DNA of 64,000 nucleotides from an uncultured Gammaproteobacteria bacterium (GTDB lineage: Bacteria > Pseudomonadota > Gammaproteobacteria > Tenderiales > Tenderiaceae), in assembly GCA_965602225.1 (NCBI GenBank), contig CBFCYE010000008.1, positions 7,053-71,052 on the forward strand, in the 5' to 3' direction. The stretch's first letter is position 1. Each line of letters begins with the position of its first letter. Position numbers and translations under genes: made by a program. Below are positions 60,003-64,000 of the stretch, one piece after another. Below the pieces are notes generated by a model. The model made no database searches. It saw nothing but the letters and a program-made list of their open reading frames with translations, and had not been told where the DNA came from.

Positions 60003-60467
60003 CTATAAGCCTTTTATCAAGGCCAAAACCTGTTCCGCATGGCCGTCGGCGCTGACGCCATAAATTGCCTCCGCGATCTCACCCTGTTTATTGATAATAA
60101 AGGTTGAGCGGACAATGCCCATTTTCTTAACACCATTCTTTTCCTTTTCCTGCCACACAGCATAGCTTTCACACAGCTCACCGGAAACATCCGCCAGCAA
60201 ATCCATTTTCAGGCCATACTTTTCAATAAAGGCCTGATGGCTCTGGCAAGAGTCTTTACTGACACCGATTACCACAGTATCAGCCGCAGCAAACTCACCA
60301 ATAAGCGCAGTGAACTGATTCGCCTCAATCGTGCAACCAGAGGTGTCGTCTTTGGGATAAAAGTACAGCACCACATTTTTCATGCCCTTGTAGTCCGACA
60401 GGCTGATGGTTTTATTGTCCTGATTCACTGAACTGAAATCCGGCGCTATTTGATTCTTCTGCAACAT
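60003..60467 (-). CDS. bcp: peroxiredoxin (Bcp-type thiol peroxidase, AhpC/TSA family)
   Basis: 154 aa with the peroxidatic-Cys motif YFYPKDDTSGCT. Confidence 0.9.
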   Translation of the reverse strand: MLQKNQIAPDFSSVNQDNKTISLSDYKGMKNVVLYFYPKDDTSGCTIEANQFTALIGEFAAADTVVIGVSKDSCQSHQAFIEKYGLKMDLLADVSGELCESYAVWQEKEKNGVKKMGIVRSTFIINKQGEIAEAIYGVSADGHAEQVLALIKGL

Positions 60468-60554
60468 TTTTTCTTCCTGTTTTTATGTTTCATTCAAAAC
60501 TTGGTGGCATGACCTTAGTTCAAGCACACCCCGCTCTCAAGCTTTTATTAGGCA

Positions 60555-60587
60555 CAAAAAAGCCCGGGTAGTTTCCTACCCGGGCGC
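60555..60587 (-). terminator. rho-independent terminator of amtB
   Basis: Minus-strand hairpin GCCCGGGTAG-GAAA-CTACCCGGGC followed by a T6 run. Confidence 0.65.
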
Positions 60588-60615
60588 AAACACCAATTGC
60601 AATGGAGGGTTGGTG

Positions 60616-61881
60616 TTATTTACCAGAGGTAAATTCTGGATAGGCCTCCAGCCCACATTCGGCCAAATCAACGCCGTTGTACTCATCTTCTTCGCTAACA
60701 CGAACACCCATGATGGCTTTCAGTGCCAACCAAACAATCAGACTAGCGACAAAGACCCAAACAAAGATGGTAGCAGCGCCAGCCAACTGACCCATGATGG
60801 TTCCGTTTGGACCCATGGCAACAGCCAGCAGACCCCAGATACCAACCACACCGTGAACCGAGATGGCACCGACAGGATCATCGATCTTCAGCTTATCCAA
60901 AGTCAGGATAGAAAACACCACCAGCACGCCACCAACCACACCAATGACAGTCGCCATCATTGGTGACGGCCAGTCAGGACCCGCAGTGATAGCTACCAAG
61001 CCAGCCAGAGCGCCATTACAAGCCATAGTTAGGTCAGCCTTACCGAACAGCAGTCGAGCCGTAATCAGGGCAGCCATCACGCCACCAGCAGCAGCAGCAT
61101 TAGTATTAAGGAACACCATCGCAACAGCGTTAGCGTTAACAATGTCACCCAATTTCAGCACTGAACCACCGTTGAAACCAAACCAGCCCATCCACAGAAT
61201 GAAGGTACCCAGCGCTACCAACGGCATGTTGGTGCCAGGGATTGCGTTGATTTCACCGTTTTTACCGTATTTACCTTTACGTGCACCCAGTACCAACACA
61301 GCAGCCAGGGCAGCAGCAGCACCGGCCATGTGAACAATGCCTGAACCAGCAAAGTCAGAGAAACCCAGATCACCCAGGTTGTACAGACCAAAAACGTCGT
61401 TACCACCCCAGGTCCATGAACCTTCCATTGGGTAGATCACAGCCGTCATTACCACTGCGAAAGCCAGGAAGGCCCACAATTTCATGCGCTCAGCGACTGC
61501 ACCAGAAACGATAGACATGGCAGTAGCAACAAACACCACCTGGAAGAAGAAATCGGATGCGCCGGAATAAACAGCACCGCCTTCAAAGCCCTCTTCAGCA
61601 GATTTGGCCAGGGCATCAGCCACCAGTGTTTCACCACCAGAGATGCCTGACAGGAACCAGCCGCCGCCGTACATGATTTCATAACCGCAAATCAGATACA
61701 TCATGCAAGAGATCGCAAACAGGGCGATGTTCTTGGTCAGAATTTCGGTGGTGTTCTTGGAACGCACCATACCGGCCTCGAGCATCGAAAAGCCCGCCGC
61801 CATCCACATTACCAATGCGCCACACACCAGAAAATAAAAGGTGTCTATGGCGTACTGTAGTTGAAAAATATTGCCTTCCAT
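60616..61881 (-). CDS. amtB: ammonium transporter
   Basis: 421 aa, 11 transmembrane helices, Amt signature regions (DFAGSGIVHMAGAAAALA); immediately downstream of glnK. Confidence 0.95.
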   Translation of the reverse strand: MEGNIFQLQYAIDTFYFLVCGALVMWMAAGFSMLEAGMVRSKNTTEILTKNIALFAISCMMYLICGYEIMYGGGWFLSGISGGETLVADALAKSAEEGFEGGAVYSGASDFFFQVVFVATAMSIVSGAVAERMKLWAFLAFAVVMTAVIYPMEGSWTWGGNDVFGLYNLGDLGFSDFAGSGIVHMAGAAAALAAVLVLGARKGKYGKNGEINAIPGTNMPLVALGTFILWMGWFGFNGGSVLKLGDIVNANAVAMVFLNTNAAAAGGVMAALITARLLFGKADLTMACNGALAGLVAITAGPDWPSPMMATVIGVVGGVLVVFSILTLDKLKIDDPVGAISVHGVVGIWGLLAVAMGPNGTIMGQLAGAATIFVWVFVASLIVWLALKAIMGVRVSEEDEYNGVDLAECGLEAYPEFTSGK

Positions 61882-61903
61882 CTTTCTCTACCTCTCAGTT
61901 TGC

Positions 61904-62344
<441 letters not shown>

Positions 62345-62433
62345 TTATTTTGTTATTTTTCAAAAAGTTACACGCGCAACCCTATTGGCAGATGCAGGCC
62401 ACGCACCATTTCGAATATGAGCAACAGTGATAT

Positions 62434-62450
62434 CGCACCAGTGTGGTGCG
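62434..62450. promoter_or_regulatory. candidate NtrC enhancer site
   Basis: The palindrome CGCACCAGTGTGGTGCG matches the NtrC consensus TGCACCA-N3-TGGTGCA. It lies ~110 bp upstream of the sigma-54 promoter. Confidence 0.5.
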
Positions 62451-62519
62451 CTTTTCTGGGGCGTTCAGTCATCAGCCAAATTGGCGTAAACTTGGCCCAC
62501 CAAAACAAAAGGAATAACC

Positions 62520-62768
62520 ATGTTTGAACCAAAGATGCTCGACGACCTGGCTAGAAAACTGGCCGACTCGGTCCCCTCCGGCGTGCGCGAACTACAACAG
62601 GATATGGAGAAGAATCTTCACGCCACCCTGCAGTCAGCCTTCAGCAAACTGGACTTGGTGACACGGGAAGAATTTGAAGTGCAGGCTGCACTATTGGCGC
62701 GCAGCCGCGCCAAATTAGACGAGCTGGAAAAGCTGGTCGCGGCACTGGAACAAGGCCAACAGAACTAA
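62520..62768 (+). CDS. ubiK: ubiquinone biosynthesis accessory factor UbiK (YqiC/BMFP family)
   Basis: 82-aa coiled-coil protein: ..VPSGVRELQQDMEKNLHATLQSAFSKLDLVTREEFEVQ.. aligns with YqiC. Confidence 0.8.
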   Translation: MFEPKMLDDLARKLADSVPSGVRELQQDMEKNLHATLQSAFSKLDLVTREEFEVQAALLARSRAKLDELEKLVAALEQGQQN

Positions 62769-62851
62769 GCCAGCAATAAAATCGATTGCCAGCCGCAGCC
62801 AGGCTGGCAATAATCAACCAATACGCGAACACAGATGGACAAGGGGGTCTA

Positions 62852-64000
62852 ATGTCACTCGCTGTTGTTTATAGCCGAGCCGGTGCAGGGATAGATGCGC
62901 CACTGGTGACGGTCGAAGTCCACCTGGCCAATGGTTTGCCCAGCCTGTCCATCGTCGGTCTGCCCGAGGCGGCCGTTAAAGAGAGCAAGGACCGGGTTCG
63001 CGGCGCACTCTTAAATAGCCAATTCGATTTTCCGGCGCGGCGCATCACTATCAACCTGGCACCGGCCGACCTGCCCAAGGAGGGCGGCCGCTTTGATCTG
63101 CCCATAGCCCTGGGCATCCTCGCCGCCTCCGGCCAGATCCCTAAAGATAGACTCGGTGACTACGAATTTGTCGGCGAACTGGCCCTGAGTGGTGAACTGC
63201 GCGGTATTCGTGGTGTGCTGCCGGTCGCGGCACAATGCCGCAACGCCAAACGGGCACTGATACTGCCCGAAGAAAACGGTGATGAGGCCACTCTGGCCGG
63301 TGATGTCACCATCCTCGCCACCAATCACCTGTTAAAGGTCTGCGCCCACCTTAATGGCACGACCAAGCTGCAAGCCCAAGCACCAATGACCATACCGCCC
63401 ATGCCTGACAGCATTGCTGATCTCAGCGACGTGCGCGGCCAGCATCATGCCAAACGGGCGTTGGAGATCGCAGCCGCTGGTGGTCATTCACTACTGATGG
63501 CTGGTCAGCCCGGCACCGGCAAGACCATGCTCGCCAGCCGCCTGCCTGGCATCCTGCCGAGCATGACAGAAGAAGAGGCGCTGGAGGCGGCGGCGATCCA
63601 GTCCATCAGTCACGCGGGCTTTGAAACATGCAACTGGAAGCAACGGCCGTTTCGTTCACCACACCACACCGCCTCGGGTGTGGCCTTGGTGGGGGGCGGC
63701 AGTAGTCCACGACCAGGCGAGATCTCACTGGCCCACAACGGCGTGATGTTTCTCGATGAGCTGCCGGAATATGATCGTAGAGTTTTAGAGGTGCTGCGCG
63801 AACCGCTGGAATCCGGCAAGGTGACTATCTCCCGCGCCGCCCGGCAGGCCGAATTCCCCGCCCGCTTTCAATTGATTGCGGCCATGAACCCCTGTCCCTG
63901 CGGCTATCTGGGTGACAGCAGTGGCCGCTGCCGTTGCACCTCAGACCAGATACAACGCTATCGCAGCCGCATCTCCGGCCCTATCCTCGACCGCATCGAC
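62852..64000 (+). CDS. YifB/ComM-family Mg-chelatase-like AAA+ ATPase (3' end beyond window)
   Basis: ATG at 62852 follows a GGGGGT ribosome-binding site. Translation [53 protein letters not shown]... includes Walker [10 protein letters not shown] and runs in frame to the window end. It is missing from the track because no stop codon lies in the window. Confidence 0.85.
   Translation, partial: MSLAVVYSRAGAGIDAPLVTVEVHLANGLPSLSIVGLPEAAVKESKDRVRGALLNSQFDFPARRITINLAPADLPKEGGRFDLPIALGILAASGQIPKDRLGDYEFVGELALSGELRGIRGVLPVAAQCRNAKRALILPEENGDEATLAGDVTILATNHLLKVCAHLNGTTKLQAQAPMTIPPMPDSIADLSDVRGQHHAKRALEIAAAGGHSLLMAGQPGTGKTMLASRLPGILPSMTEEEALEAAAIQSISHAGFETCNWKQRPFRSPHHTASGVALVGGGSSPRPGEISLAHNGVMFLDELPEYDRRVLEVLREPLESGKVTISRAARQAEFPARFQLIAAMNPCPCGYLGDSSGRCRCTSDQIQRYRSRISGPILDRID

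Noticed and set aside
62869-63328. Two minus-strand ORFs (82 and 105 aa) near the window end
   Set aside because: Both are antisense to the clearly homologous yifB/comM-like gene reading 62852 to 64000.

Overview
The window is a 64-kb chromosomal segment from a gammaproteobacterium of roughly 50-55% GC, dense in housekeeping genes. Gene order resembles Pseudomonas/Oceanospirillales-type genomes: ubiE-ubiJ-ubiB, hslVU, argS followed by a SPOR gene, priA, split nrdJa/nrdJb, and gpmI-envC-ctpA-yibQ. A stand-alone phosphoribulokinase gene implies a Calvin-cycle (chemolitho)autotroph. Other recognisable genes are gpsA, secB, speA/speE, glnK-amtB with a sigma-54/NtrC-type control region, bcp, hemJ, a ClC channel, a NIT-domain chemoreceptor, an Hpt-REC-REC-GGDEF regulator, a PAS hybrid histidine kinase, and a 1284-aa FAD/Fe-S oxidoreductase. 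I found no rRNA, tRNA, CRISPR array, transposase or integrase. The most unusual content is a nine-gene, tightly packed plus-strand operon at ~29.4-37.9 kb. It encodes TPR lipoproteins (one of 944 aa), a small secreted protein, one ExbB/TolQ/MotA-like channel, two ExbD/TolR proteins and a proline-rich TonB-like protein, with no TonB-dependent receptor. This matches the conserved Agl/Glt-like (gliding-motility/Nfs-type) envelope motor core, whose function outside myxobacteria is unknown. Other notable points:
- a frameshifted DJ-1/YajL gene;
- an HPF-like protein whose C-terminal domain looks like a cold-shock domain;
- a 265-bp MITE-like element with ~30-bp terminal inverted repeats;
- a REP-like GTAG palindrome cluster after priA;
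- several perfect TTATCCACA DnaA boxes in intergenic regions upstream of priA, nrdJ and gpmI;
- a hypothetical protein with EF-hand/dockerin-like motifs, transcribed divergently from the GGDEF regulator;
- a double cNMP-binding/rhodanese fusion protein.
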